64,000 bases of DNA from an uncultured Bacteroidales bacterium. GTDB lineage: Bacteria; Bacteroidota; Bacteroidia; Bacteroidales; VadinHA17. Both the position numbers and the translations under genes were made by a program. The notes below the pieces were generated by a model. It was not told the DNA's origin, searched no databases, and saw nothing but the letters and a program-made list of their open reading frames with translations. Of this stretch, positions 28,497 to 38,245 are shown one piece after another. Position 1 is the stretch's first letter. Each line of letters begins with the position of its first letter. The stretch lies in assembly GCA_963701745.1 (NCBI GenBank), contig CAVPBE010000001.1, forward strand, positions 662,183-726,182, read 5' to 3'.

Positions 28497-29669
28497 TTAT
28501 TCTTTCGTTTCAGGTATCGGGTATCTTCTAAACACCCTGGTTCTGTCGAAGAGGTACCTGTATGTAACATAGTTCTTTACCGGGACGCTTCCGACGGAAA
28601 TGAATATTTTCCTCATTTTGGGATTGAAGTCGCCCACCCACGAGAATTCAATTTCTGTGTAATGTGGTTTCCTGTCGAATACCTTCCTGAGATGCAGAAT
28701 GAAAGCCGATTCGATTCCCAACCCCTGGTATTTTGGTATGACACCCATTAAAACACCTCTTGCCCTGGTAATAGTTTTACGGCTTTTCAGGTAAAAGAAC
28801 TTGATTATGCTGAACAGATCCAACCTTCCCTTCAGATGTTTCAGTATTTGATTGAAATCGGGGAACATAAGATAAATTCCTATCGGTTCACCATTAAAAT
28901 ATGCAAGCCAGATAAATTCTTCATCAAGGATTGCTTTTGCCTTTCGGAGGACGCCTTTTATATACTCATGTTCAAGAGGTTCAAAATTAACTTTAAATGA
29001 AGACCAGGCTTCGTTAAATACTTTGGCGAAGTCCTTTGTATATTTATCCTGGTCCTTCCATGTAAAGTGGTGAAATTCATATCCCGGTTTAGCTGATACC
29101 CATTCGGCAATCTTCAGGAATCTTTCAGGCAGAGGTTTTGTAATGTCGAGGTGAAAGCCTTCCATTTTATAATATGTCTGAAAACCATAAGATTCAAAGA
29201 GATCCTGGTAATAAGGATGATTGTAAGCAATATCAAATGATGGATGGGTAAAACCCTCTACAAGCAGTCCCCAATATTTATCAGTCTCTCCAAAATTTAC
29301 AGGTCCGTCCATAGCCTCAATCCCCTTTGATTTCAGCCATTCCCTGGCTGTATCAAAAAGCAGAAAGGCTGACGGTTTATTATTGATACATTCAAAGAAT
29401 CCCATACCGCCTGTTGGCTGTTCATATGAGTGAGAAAGATTTGTATCGATGAAAGCTGCTATTCTTCCTGTCAGATTGTTTTTATCGTCGACCAGTATCC
29501 ATCTTTCTGCTTTACCGTGCCCGTAATAGGTGTTTTTTGACGGATCAAAAACTGCATCGATATCCTTGTCTAAAGGACATACCCATGTCTTATCATTTTT
29601 ATAAATTTCTTTTGCAACTCTGAGGAAATCCTTTTTTGTCTTCCTGTCAGTAACCCTTATTATAGTCAT
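28497..29669 (-). CDS. Conserved GNAT-fold-like acyltransferase candidate (function unknown)
   Basis: 390 aa with a C-terminal region showing an acyl-CoA N-acyltransferase-like pattern (GVIPKYQGLGIESAF). The assignment is tentative. Confidence 0.45.
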   Translation of the reverse strand: MTIIRVTDRKTKKDFLRVAKEIYKNDKTWVCPLDKDIDAVFDPSKNTYYGHGKAERWILVDDKNNLTGRIAAFIDTNLSHSYEQPTGGMGFFECINNKPSAFLLFDTAREWLKSKGIEAMDGPVNFGETDKYWGLLVEGFTHPSFDIAYNHPYYQDLFESYGFQTYYKMEGFHLDITKPLPERFLKIAEWVSAKPGYEFHHFTWKDQDKYTKDFAKVFNEAWSSFKVNFEPLEHEYIKGVLRKAKAILDEEFIWLAYFNGEPIGIYLMFPDFNQILKHLKGRLDLFSIIKFFYLKSRKTITRARGVLMGVIPKYQGLGIESAFILHLRKVFDRKPHYTEIEFSWVGDFNPKMRKIFISVGSVPVKNYVTYRYLFDRTRVFRRYPIPETKE

Positions 29670-29701
29670 ATTCAGGTCAGCTTAAAAGATAATTTTGCCA
29701 G

Positions 29702-31474
29702 TTATTTCATATAAATCTGATCCAGGATTTTCCTGTATTTATTTGAAATGAACTGACGCCTGAGTTTCAGGGTAGGAGATAATTCTCCTGAAGAAGGGCT
29801 CCATTCATCCGGCACCAGTCTATAACGGTTGATCCTTTCAGTAGGGCTGATTCTTTTATTTATTGCTTCAATTTCCGTATTAAAAACTGAGGTTATCTCA
29901 GGTAGCTGCACCATCTCCGAATAATCGGAGAACGATATTTTTTTCCCTTTCTTCCATTCGTCAAAATATTTGAAATTAGGTGAAATAAGGGCACTGGCAA
30001 ATTTTTCATGTTCTCCCACGACCATTATCTGATCAATAATTGATACTTCCTTAAACATATTTTCAATTAACTGAGGTGCAATAAATTTTCCATTGGATAA
30101 CTTGAAAATCTCCTTTTTCCTGTCAGTTACCAAAAGGAACTTGTTTTCTTCAAGGTACCCTATATCACCGGTATGGAACCATCCATCATCATCAAAAACT
30201 GATTTAGTTAAAACAGGATCGTTAAAATAACCAAGCATTACATTTGGTCCCTTGCAAAGGATTTCACCATCATCTGCAATTTTTACTTCAACACCCTCTA
30301 TCACGGTCCCGACTGATCCAAGTTTTACACCTCCCTTGTATGTCCTGTTGATAGTAATAATAGGTGACGTTTCAGTCAGTCCGTACATATTTATTATTTT
30401 GATACCCGCTGCCCAGAATATTCTTTCCAGCCGGGGTTGCAGGCTTGCACCTCCGCATCCTGCAATTCTGATATTTCCTCCAAGTGCTGTTCGCCACTTA
30501 CTGAAAATGAGCTTGTCAGCAATTTTAAGTTTTTTCTCGTAAAACCAGCCATTTTCACCGAATGGTTTATATTTTAAACCAAGGTTTACTGCCCAGAAGA
30601 ATAGTGTTTTTTTTATCCCGGTAAGCTTCTTTCCTTTAGAAATAATGACATCGTAGAATTTCTCCAGAACACGTGGTACCGCATCAAAACCATCTGGCTT
30701 GATTTCCGTCATGTTTAAAGCAATGGATCCCATATTTTCAGCATAATAGATGCTGGAACCACTGAACTGGGTCTGGTAATTCCCAAGCCGGCCACCGACA
30801 TGACATAAAGGTAAGATGCTCAAATACTTGTCGGTTGGTTTTAAATTGAAGACTCCCGCTGCTGAAATAAAATTGCTCACAAGGTTCCTGTGAGACAGCA
30901 TAACTCCTTTTGGTTTACCTGTTGTCCCTGATGTATAAATCAAAGTGGCAAAATCTTCAGGTCTGATCTGGTTCTTTATAGCCTCAACATCCATTTTTAT
31001 CTGTTCGGAGCAAGATTTTCCTAATTCAACTATCTCTAACCAGTTCCTGGCTCCTTCTACTTTATCAAAAGTGTAAAATGGTATTGAAAATTCTTTATCA
31101 TTCAATTTAGGCAACACACATTTCAGTAATTTCTTGTCAGAAATTATTATCATTGCAGCACCTGAATTCTTGATTATGTATTCATATTCTGATGTATTTA
31201 ATGATGTGAAAACAGGAACATGCACTATTCCGAGTATCGACATACCGGCATCAACGAAATTCCATTCAGGCCGGTTGTTAGCTACAGTTATGATTTTGTC
31301 ACCTTTTCTATAGCCTAGTTCAAAAAGTCCATAGCAGAAATTATAGGAATATGAAATATAATCCTGCGTACTGAATTTTATCCAGGACCCATCTTGCTTG
31401 AAGCACAACGCATCATCTTTCTGATAGTTCTCCTTGTATCTGTCCAGTAGATCAAAAGTTCTTGTAACATTCAT
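29702..31474 (-). CDS. Long-chain acyl-CoA ligase (AMP-forming)
   Basis: AMP-binding motifs YTSGTTGKPKGV, TGDIG and KLRR near the C-terminus. 590 aa is typical of Bacteroidota FadD-like enzymes. Confidence 0.85.
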   Translation of the reverse strand: MNVTRTFDLLDRYKENYQKDDALCFKQDGSWIKFSTQDYISYSYNFCYGLFELGYRKGDKIITVANNRPEWNFVDAGMSILGIVHVPVFTSLNTSEYEYIIKNSGAAMIIISDKKLLKCVLPKLNDKEFSIPFYTFDKVEGARNWLEIVELGKSCSEQIKMDVEAIKNQIRPEDFATLIYTSGTTGKPKGVMLSHRNLVSNFISAAGVFNLKPTDKYLSILPLCHVGGRLGNYQTQFSGSSIYYAENMGSIALNMTEIKPDGFDAVPRVLEKFYDVIISKGKKLTGIKKTLFFWAVNLGLKYKPFGENGWFYEKKLKIADKLIFSKWRTALGGNIRIAGCGGASLQPRLERIFWAAGIKIINMYGLTETSPIITINRTYKGGVKLGSVGTVIEGVEVKIADDGEILCKGPNVMLGYFNDPVLTKSVFDDDGWFHTGDIGYLEENKFLLVTDRKKEIFKLSNGKFIAPQLIENMFKEVSIIDQIMVVGEHEKFASALISPNFKYFDEWKKGKKISFSDYSEMVQLPEITSVFNTEIEAINKRISPTERINRYRLVPDEWSPSSGELSPTLKLRRQFISNKYRKILDQIYMK

Positions 31475-31629
31475 GAAAGTTCCATTATTAAGTTTAGTAG
31501 TTTACTTATATTTCTCTTTTGCAATTTAAGCAAATTTGCCATCCCGAAATGCAAAAATGATTATTGGAATTGCACAGGAGTTATAGAATGTTTATTTTGT
31601 TCCTTCAATCTCATAACAACATTTTCCAG

Positions 31630-33450
31630 ATGAATGCCATGCCTGTTGTAATCGGTTCCATTGCATTGTTTGCAATTGCTTACCGGTTATATTTCAGCTT
31701 CATAGCTGCAAAAGTTGCTGTGACAAATGATCTTGCCCAGACACCTGCATTCAGGCTGTATGACGGTCAGAATTATTATCCAATGAACAAATGGGTGTTG
31801 TTCGGGCACCATTTTGCGGCTATTGCTGGCGCTGGTCCCCTTGTAGGTCCTGTTCTTGCAGCACAATTCGGTTTTATGCCAGGCTTTTTATGGATGCTCA
31901 TCGGATCAGTGATGGCAGGTGCAGTCCATGATTTTGTGATCCTAACAGCTTCTGTTCAGCACGACGGGAAATCCCTTGCAGCTATTGCCAGGGCTGAAAT
32001 CAATAAAGTAAGCGGAGCAACAACTTCCTTTGCAATAATCCTGATAATTGTTGTTGCTCTTGCCGGACTGGGTCTGGTCGTTGTAAACGCCCTTGCCGAA
32101 AGTTCATGGGGTACTTTTACAATAGCATCAACAATCCCTATTGCGATTATTATGGGTTTATGGATGTTTAGAATAAGGAAAGGAAAGACCCTTGAGGCAA
32201 CAATTTTTGGAGTGATCATGCTTGTTGCCGCTGTAATTGCAGGCAGTCATATACCGGAATCTGGTATTGCGGGATGGTTTACATTTGATCATAAAACACT
32301 TACTATCCTGATCGCTATATATGGATTCCTTGCTTCAGTTCTACCGGTATGGATTCTTCTCTCCCCACGCGACTACCTGAGCTCCATTATGAAAATTTCG
32401 GTTATCGCTCTTCTTGCTGTCGGACTGATAATCGTTGCTCCTGAAATTAAGATGCCTGCATTTACCGAATTCGGTAAAGGTGGAGGACCTATAATTCCCG
32501 GCAAGTTATTTCCGTATCTTTTCATAACAATAGCTTGTGGCGCCATTTCAGGATTTCATTCACTAGTCAGCTCGGGGACGACTCCCAAAATGATAATGAA
32601 GGAGTCGGATATAAAACCCATTGCGGTCGGAGCAATGCTCGTTGAGGGTGCAGTCAGCATTATGGCTCTGATTGCAGCAACTAGCCTCCTCCCTCTGGAT
32701 TATTTCCAGATAAACGTACCTGCCGAAAAGCTTCAGGCGATCCTTCCCCGACTGCATGAAATGGGTTTCACCGAATCGAACCTCGACCAGCTTTCAGCAA
32801 GCGTGGGTGAAAAAATTGCAGGGCGTACTGGTGGTGCAGTATCACTGGGTGTCGGAATGGCATATATCTTTTCTTCCATTCCGGGGATGAAGCATCTGAT
32901 GTCGTACTGGTATCACTTTGCAATAATGTTTGAGGCATTATTTATCCTTACAACAATCGATGCCGGAACCCGTATCGGAAGATTTATCCTGCAGGAGACA
33001 TTCGGAAAAGTGTATAAACCATTTCTGAAGACCAACTGGCTGCCTGGAAATCTTATTACAAGCGGTCTGATAGTTCTTGCCTGGGGTTACTTTATATATA
33101 CAGGTACCGTTGCGACTATCTGGCCGATGTTCGGCACTGCCAATCAGCTTCTTGCAACTGTAGCTCTTGCGATCGGCACCTCATTCATAATTAACCGTGG
33201 AAGGGCAAAATATGCCTGGGTCACAATTCTTCCAATGATTTTTGTCGGGGTGACAACACTGACAGCTGCATTTCTGAATATTAAAAATATCTACCTTCCT
33301 CAGCTTGATGCAAAGGCAACCCTGGTTCCGGGGTTAATTAACCTTGCACTAACGGGTACAATAATTATATGCGTTTTTATTATTCTTTTAAACGCAATTC
33401 CCGGGTGGTTCAGAGTAATTTCAGGAAAAGCCACTCCTATAAATGGATAA
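31630..33450 (+). CDS. cstA: Carbon starvation protein CstA (peptide/pyruvate transporter family)
   Basis: Multi-TM with [21 protein letters not shown] and [17 protein letters not shown] motifs. The likely start is ATG 31630 (MNAMPVV); the track start at 31564 is an upstream extension. Confidence 0.85.
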   Translation: MNAMPVVIGSIALFAIAYRLYFSFIAAKVAVTNDLAQTPAFRLYDGQNYYPMNKWVLFGHHFAAIAGAGPLVGPVLAAQFGFMPGFLWMLIGSVMAGAVHDFVILTASVQHDGKSLAAIARAEINKVSGATTSFAIILIIVVALAGLGLVVVNALAESSWGTFTIASTIPIAIIMGLWMFRIRKGKTLEATIFGVIMLVAAVIAGSHIPESGIAGWFTFDHKTLTILIAIYGFLASVLPVWILLSPRDYLSSIMKISVIALLAVGLIIVAPEIKMPAFTEFGKGGGPIIPGKLFPYLFITIACGAISGFHSLVSSGTTPKMIMKESDIKPIAVGAMLVEGAVSIMALIAATSLLPLDYFQINVPAEKLQAILPRLHEMGFTESNLDQLSASVGEKIAGRTGGAVSLGVGMAYIFSSIPGMKHLMSYWYHFAIMFEALFILTTIDAGTRIGRFILQETFGKVYKPFLKTNWLPGNLITSGLIVLAWGYFIYTGTVATIWPMFGTANQLLATVALAIGTSFIINRGRAKYAWVTILPMIFVGVTTLTAAFLNIKNIYLPQLDAKATLVPGLINLALTGTIIICVFIILLNAIPGWFRVISGKATPING

Positions 33451-33498
33451 TTGTGTTATTTTAGTCTCCTTAGTAGATAATAATTGATCCGGATTAAA

Positions 33499-35487
33499 AT
33501 GAAAAGACAATGTACCCTCTTATTTATTCTTTTGCTTGTGCCTTTTTTCACTGACTGTAATATCACGGCACAGAAAGTTCTTGAAATTTCTGTTCAGGCA
33601 GATAAACCAGGAGCAGAAATTCAGCCTGCCATGTGGGGTGTATTTTTTGAAGATATCAACTTTGCGGCTGATGGCGGAATTTATGCCGAGCTTGTAAAGA
33701 ACAGGTCATTTGAGTTTGAATTACCATTGACTGGCTGGCAACCATTGTCAAGGCAAAATGGTACCGGACGGATCGTGGCAAATTTTTATTCACCCTCAAG
33801 ACCGTCGAATCCTCATTATATGCGGATTTACCTTGATCCTTCCGCAGGGACTTTCGGCTTTACAAATGAAGGATTCCGTGGAATGGGGATCATGAAAGAT
33901 GCACAATATAACTTTTCGGTTTATGCAAGAATGTATGAAAACTCTGATATAAAAATGACTGCTGAACTGATAACCTCTTCCGGTCAGGTTATAGGAAAAA
34001 CAGAACTTTCCGGTTTTTCAGGATCCTGGAAAAAATATCAGTCAACGATGCTCGCATCTGCGACAGAAAAGAAGGCCCAGCTGAGAATAATACTTTCGGG
34101 AAAAGGAAGCATGGATATTGATATGATCTCTCTTTTTCCGAATGATACATGGAAAGGGCGCCTGAATGGACTTCGCAAGGATATTGTTCAATTTATAGCT
34201 GACCTTAAACCAGGGTTTGTACGTTTCCCCGGAGGCTGCATTGTTGAAGGGCGGAATCTTACTAACCGGTATCAGTGGAAGACCACTATCGGACCTGTGG
34301 AAGAGAGAACTTTGATAAAGAACCGCTGGAATGTAGAAATAGAGAGCCGTCAGGCACCTGATTATTTCCAGTCGTTTGGGCTGGGGTTCTATGAGTATTT
34401 CCAGCTTGCCGAGGATCTGCAAGCAGAGCCGCTTCCGATTCTCAACTGTGGCATGTCGTGCCAGTTCAATGCAGCAGAAGTTGTCCCGTTGGAGAACCTC
34501 GATCCATATATCCAGGATGCACTTGACCTCATTGAGTTTGCAAATGGGGAGACCACTTCGAAATGGGGAGGCCTCAGGGCTCAGATGGGACACCCTGGAA
34601 AATTCAACCTGAAATTTATTGGTGTCGGAAATGAGCAATGGGACGAACAATACATTGAAAGGTACAAAATATTTGAGAAAGCCATCAAATCAAAATATCC
34701 TGAAATAAAGATTGTCTCAGGATCAGGACCCTACTCAGCCGGAAGATATTTTGAATTTGGCTGGAGCGAATTAAAAAAACTGAGTCCGGATCTGATCGAT
34801 GAGCATTATTACATGCCGCCCGACTGGTTCCTTAAGAATGCAACCCGATATGATAATTATGACAGGAAAAGTATTAAAGTGTTTGCCGGGGAATATGCTG
34901 CCCACGGGAAGGAAGGCACCGAATCCGAATCGAGGAACACCTGGTGGAGCGCTCTCTGCGAAGCTGCATTTATGACTGGTCTCGAGAGGAATGCTGACGT
35001 TGTTAACATGGCATCCTACGCACCTCTCCTTGCTCATGTTGATGCGTGGCAGTGGCGCCCCGACCTGATATGGTTCGATAACCTTACGACCATGGGGACC
35101 CCAAATTACTATGTTCAGAAGTTTTTTTCAAATTACAAGGGTGCCAGGGTTACACCTGTATTATCCGGAGGAAGGACCCTGACCGGGCAGGAGGGTGTTT
35201 ACGCCAGCAGCACTATCGACAGTAAAGCTGGAAAGCTCTACATTAAACTGGTTAATTCAACTGACCAGTCTATTAAAGTAATATTGGCCCTGGGGACTCT
35301 TCCATATTCAAAGTCAGCGGTGAAGGAGACACTAAAATCAACTGGCAAGGATGATTTCAATAGTATTTCAAATCCAAAATTAATCTACCCTGTGTCAACA
35401 TCCGTCAAAGTAGATGGAAGGAAAATAAATGCCGAAGCGGAGCCGTTATCAGTAAGCGTTTTTATTATTGATTTTAAAGCCAGATGA
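33499..35487 (+). CDS. Alpha-L-arabinofuranosidase, GH51-like
   Basis: Signal peptide, an N-terminal beta-sandwich region (ELVKNRSFEF), a TIM-barrel region with RFPGGC and VGNEQWD, and a C-terminal beta domain. Confidence 0.75.
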   Translation: MKRQCTLLFILLLVPFFTDCNITAQKVLEISVQADKPGAEIQPAMWGVFFEDINFAADGGIYAELVKNRSFEFELPLTGWQPLSRQNGTGRIVANFYSPSRPSNPHYMRIYLDPSAGTFGFTNEGFRGMGIMKDAQYNFSVYARMYENSDIKMTAELITSSGQVIGKTELSGFSGSWKKYQSTMLASATEKKAQLRIILSGKGSMDIDMISLFPNDTWKGRLNGLRKDIVQFIADLKPGFVRFPGGCIVEGRNLTNRYQWKTTIGPVEERTLIKNRWNVEIESRQAPDYFQSFGLGFYEYFQLAEDLQAEPLPILNCGMSCQFNAAEVVPLENLDPYIQDALDLIEFANGETTSKWGGLRAQMGHPGKFNLKFIGVGNEQWDEQYIERYKIFEKAIKSKYPEIKIVSGSGPYSAGRYFEFGWSELKKLSPDLIDEHYYMPPDWFLKNATRYDNYDRKSIKVFAGEYAAHGKEGTESESRNTWWSALCEAAFMTGLERNADVVNMASYAPLLAHVDAWQWRPDLIWFDNLTTMGTPNYYVQKFFSNYKGARVTPVLSGGRTLTGQEGVYASSTIDSKAGKLYIKLVNSTDQSIKVILALGTLPYSKSAVKETLKSTGKDDFNSISNPKLIYPVSTSVKVDGRKINAEAEPLSVSVFIIDFKAR

Positions 35488-36143
35488 TAGAATTTTTACA
35501 GCCTGTGATTGATTGGTATATGGCCAATCTGAATTATTTTACCATTGCTCTGCTGATGGTTATTGAAAGTTCATTCATACCTTTTCCTTCGGAGGTTGTA
35601 ATCCCATTTGCCGCCTATAAAGCTGCGCAGGGCGATATGAATGTTTTCGGAGTTGTCCTCGCAGGAACTGCCGGTGCGTTGATAGGTGCACTGTTTAACT
35701 ATTACCTGGCGAAATATCTCGGACGCTTAATTGTCTATAAGTTTGCGGATTCCAAAATGGGCAGGATTTTATTGCTTTCGAAAGAAAAAGTTGTGCATGC
35801 AGAAAACTATTTCATCAAGCATGGAAGGTCGTCCACATTTATTGGAAGACTTGTTCCGGCGGTCCGTCAGTTAATTTCAATTCCGGCCGGACTGGCTGGC
35901 ATGAATATTCGTGATTTTATCGTATACACCTCCGCCGGAGCAGGAATCTGGAACATAATCCTGGCCGTCATAGGGTACTATCTTTATGGTGTGAAGGACA
36001 AGATCTTCCCTTACGTTGACGATATCCTTTACATTCTGGGAGGAGTATTTGTCGTGTACCTGATTGTGAAGGGGATAATACAAAAGAAGAAAGGTAATAA
36101 GGCGAAAGGCGCCAGGCAGCAGGCTAAAGAACCATCGGAATAA
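35484..36143 (+). CDS. DedA-family membrane protein
   Basis: 219 aa. SNARE-associated/DedA pattern (ESSFIPFPSEVV, GRLVPAVRQLISIPAG). 4-nt overlap with the upstream gene. Confidence 0.8.
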   Translation: MIEFLQPVIDWYMANLNYFTIALLMVIESSFIPFPSEVVIPFAAYKAAQGDMNVFGVVLAGTAGALIGALFNYYLAKYLGRLIVYKFADSKMGRILLLSKEKVVHAENYFIKHGRSSTFIGRLVPAVRQLISIPAGLAGMNIRDFIVYTSAGAGIWNIILAVIGYYLYGVKDKIFPYVDDILYILGGVFVVYLIVKGIIQKKKGNKAKGARQQAKEPSE

Positions 36144-36543
36144 GAAACAAAAGTGCCACTAACCCGACCGATGCTATTATCATTCCGGGATTGATTTTAG
36201 AGTTTTCAACTCTAACTATATTCTCCATTGGAACAGTCAGTTTGATGTTCACTATCTTAACCGCGGAAAACGGTTCAGCATAAATATGGACCTGACGGCT
36301 TTTTTTGATCACTTCAGGGTTATAGATCAATGCTGTAAACTGATTACCTGCTTCAGTGACCGGCTTAACAATCCATGAACTGTCTCCGGCATGAAAAAAG
36401 TAGAGGTTTTTCCAGTTAGGTACTCTTGATATTTGCCCGGCAGGTAAATCTTTTGAGGAAACACAGCTTAAAAGTGCAACAAGTGGAAGTATACTGAATA
36501 AGATAGTACTTGATTTTCTGAGAAATTTTATTAGCATATCCAA
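36124..36543 (-). CDS. Small lipoprotein, unknown function
   Basis: Lipobox LLSC after a hydrophobic N-terminus and a C-terminal TM. No recognisable family. Confidence 0.5.
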   Translation of the reverse strand: MDMLIKFLRKSSTILFSILPLVALLSCVSSKDLPAGQISRVPNWKNLYFFHAGDSSWIVKPVTEAGNQFTALIYNPEVIKKSRQVHIYAEPFSAVKIVNIKLTVPMENIVRVENSKINPGMIIASVGLVALLFLIPMVL

Positions 36544-36600
36544 CTTATTTAAACCAGGTTATGTAGCTGGCTGGGAGAGGGATTTAGGGAGAGGCTTATA

Positions 36601-36957
36601 TTATTCAACTACTTCCGCATCATCAAATTTCTGCGAACGAATATTGACCTTCCGGTGCTGAACCCTATGAACTCCTTTGCTTCCGAAAAATCCCCAGCCC
36701 CCGCTTCCCAATAAGAAACCGAGAGCGTATAATCCACCATTATTGTTAGGAGCGAACATGGTGATATCCTTGTTGAAAAGCATCCCAATAAAGTCGAACG
36801 GAGCTATAAATCCATGCCATAACCCTCCGAAGAATCCATACCGGTGACCTGTCAGACATTGATCAATAACCTCATTTTTAGCACATCCTGTCAAAAGGAC
36901 AATAGCTAAAAGACAAAAAATAAGCAAAAGACCTTTTTGTTGAGCTAGTAATTTCAT
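36601..36957 (-). CDS. Small lipoprotein with Gly-rich C-terminal region, unknown function
   Basis: The likely start is MKLLAQQKGLLLIFCLLAIVLLTGC at 36957. The track ORF extension to 37071 would overlap ogt. Confidence 0.5.
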   Translation of the reverse strand: MKLLAQQKGLLLIFCLLAIVLLTGCAKNEVIDQCLTGHRYGFFGGLWHGFIAPFDFIGMLFNKDITMFAPNNNGGLYALGFLLGSGGWGFFGSKGVHRVQHRKVNIRSQKFDDAEVVE

Positions 36958-36985
36958 TTTATTGATTTTTGAATTAACATATAAA

Positions 36986-37516
36986 TCAGAAAAGAGTACC
37001 ATCGATGGGCTTGCCTGAATATTTCCTTTCGTGGTCAATAAGCCATCTTTTCTTATCGAGCCCTCCGCCATAACCTACAAGATCCCCGTCGGCGCCGATC
37101 ACCCTGTGACAAGGGATTATTATCGCAATCCTGTTTGATCCGTTTGCTCCTGCAACTGCTCTGACAGCTCCCGGATTTTTGATCAATTTAGCCAGTTCCA
37201 GGTAGGATTTGGTTTTTCCAAAAGGGATCTGCTTAAGATGATCCCAGACTGCAAGCTGAAAATCGGTCCCCGGAGTTATCAGTGGCAGTGAAAACTCTTT
37301 CCGCTTTCCTTTGAAGTATTCTTTCAGTTGTTTTTTCAGTGCTCTAAGATGCTTGTTGCTTCCTGAAATGACTGTTTCACTGAAAGTAAGGGCAAGTCTG
37401 TTGAATTCAGATTCCAGAGCAGGCCTGCTTGTGAATTCAAGCAGACAGATGCCATCCTTTGTAGCAGCTGCTGCCATTTCTCCGAGAGGAGTCTCGATTA
37501 TTGTGGTTTTTATCAT
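36986..37516 (-). CDS. ogt: Methylated-DNA--protein-cysteine methyltransferase
   Basis: Active-site PCHRVIG plus the upstream helix-turn-wing region. The likely start is MIKTTIIETPLG at 37516; the track extension to 37597 reads through a repeat element. Confidence 0.85.
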   Translation of the reverse strand: MIKTTIIETPLGEMAAAATKDGICLLEFTSRPALESEFNRLALTFSETVISGSNKHLRALKKQLKEYFKGKRKEFSLPLITPGTDFQLAVWDHLKQIPFGKTKSYLELAKLIKNPGAVRAVAGANGSNRIAIIIPCHRVIGADGDLVGYGGGLDKKRWLIDHERKYSGKPIDGTLF

Positions 37517-37519
37517 ATC

Positions 37520-37547
37520 TACCCACCCCAACCCCTCCCAGGAGGGG
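37520..37547. repeat. G/C-rich palindrome element (box plus one hairpin) abutting the ogt start codon
   Basis: The box tacccaccccaacccc (37520-37535) overlaps the palindrome cccctcc-ca-ggagggg (37532-37547). Confidence 0.7.
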
Positions 37548-37615
37548 ATCTTTAATGTGACTACTATTATTGCGACCAAGCAAAGCGAGAGAAGCAATCC
37601 TCTTCTCCTGGTATA

Positions 37616-38047
37616 CTACCCCCTCTTTCCCTGGAACCTTCCTGAAGTCGACTTAATATATTTGACATTCCTGAACCTCAGGGCTGACCAGTCTTCATCG
37701 ATGCTTACCATGCGGATACCAAAAAAATCAAGATCGTTCAATGCTTTCCATCCATGGTCCCTGTTAATATCGGAAGTAAACTTTTTTGATGTTTTTTTTG
37801 GATAACAAAACCACAGAATGCCATCCACAGCAAGATTATGGAGTGTGACAGGTGTTATTTCTTCAACTTCAGTGGCTTTCCTGACGAAAATTATCATGAA
37901 ATCATAAGGATACCTCAGATCTATTTCATTATCTATCTGGATATCTTTAATTTCTCTGAGGGGAGCCAGCTTAAAATTCTTTTCTGCGTTGAAAACAACA
38001 ATACGCTTCTGACCTTTATAATTCAGCTTTTCAAGAAGAGTCTGCAT
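37616..38047 (-). CDS. Conserved hypothetical protein
   Basis: 143-aa ORF with plausible codon usage and no competing ORF. I do not recognise the family with any confidence. Confidence 0.5.
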   Translation of the reverse strand: MQTLLEKLNYKGQKRIVVFNAEKNFKLAPLREIKDIQIDNEIDLRYPYDFMIIFVRKATEVEEITPVTLHNLAVDGILWFCYPKKTSKKFTSDINRDHGWKALNDLDFFGIRMVSIDEDWSALRFRNVKYIKSTSGRFQGKRG

Positions 38048-38129
38048 GAAGATCCCCGATTAATATGGCAATTTAAGAAAAATCTGAATTAACTGCTATG
38101 TTTCTGATAAAAGATAGTAATTTTGCATT

Positions 38130-38215
38130 GTCGAAAACGGGGTGCCTTAATATTACGGGCTGAGATCATACCCTTACACCTGATCCGGGTAATGCCGGCG
38201 AAGGGAAAAAGCATC
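38130..38215 (+). promoter_or_regulatory. TPP (THI-box) riboswitch
   Basis: acggggtgcc...gggctgagatcatacccttacacctgatccgggtaatgccggcgaagggaa matches the conserved TPP aptamer core (GGGGTGC, CTGAGA, ACCC, ACCTGATCnGGnTAATGCCnGCG, AGGGAA). It lies about 30 nt upstream of the TonB-receptor ATG. The boundaries are approximate. Confidence 0.85.
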
Positions 38216-38245
38216 CTGTGACATTTATGAAATAAACATTTAACA

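Noticed and set aside
34042-34650. A 202-aa ORF antisense to the GH51 gene, plus many other 60-130-aa antisense or alternate-frame ORFs in the track (e.g. 731-1090, 7439-7810, 11137-11523, 44210-44596, 46969-47355).
   Set aside because: Each lies entirely inside a longer ORF with clear family motifs on the other strand or frame. Their sequences are low-complexity with no recognisable motifs, so they are shadow ORFs.
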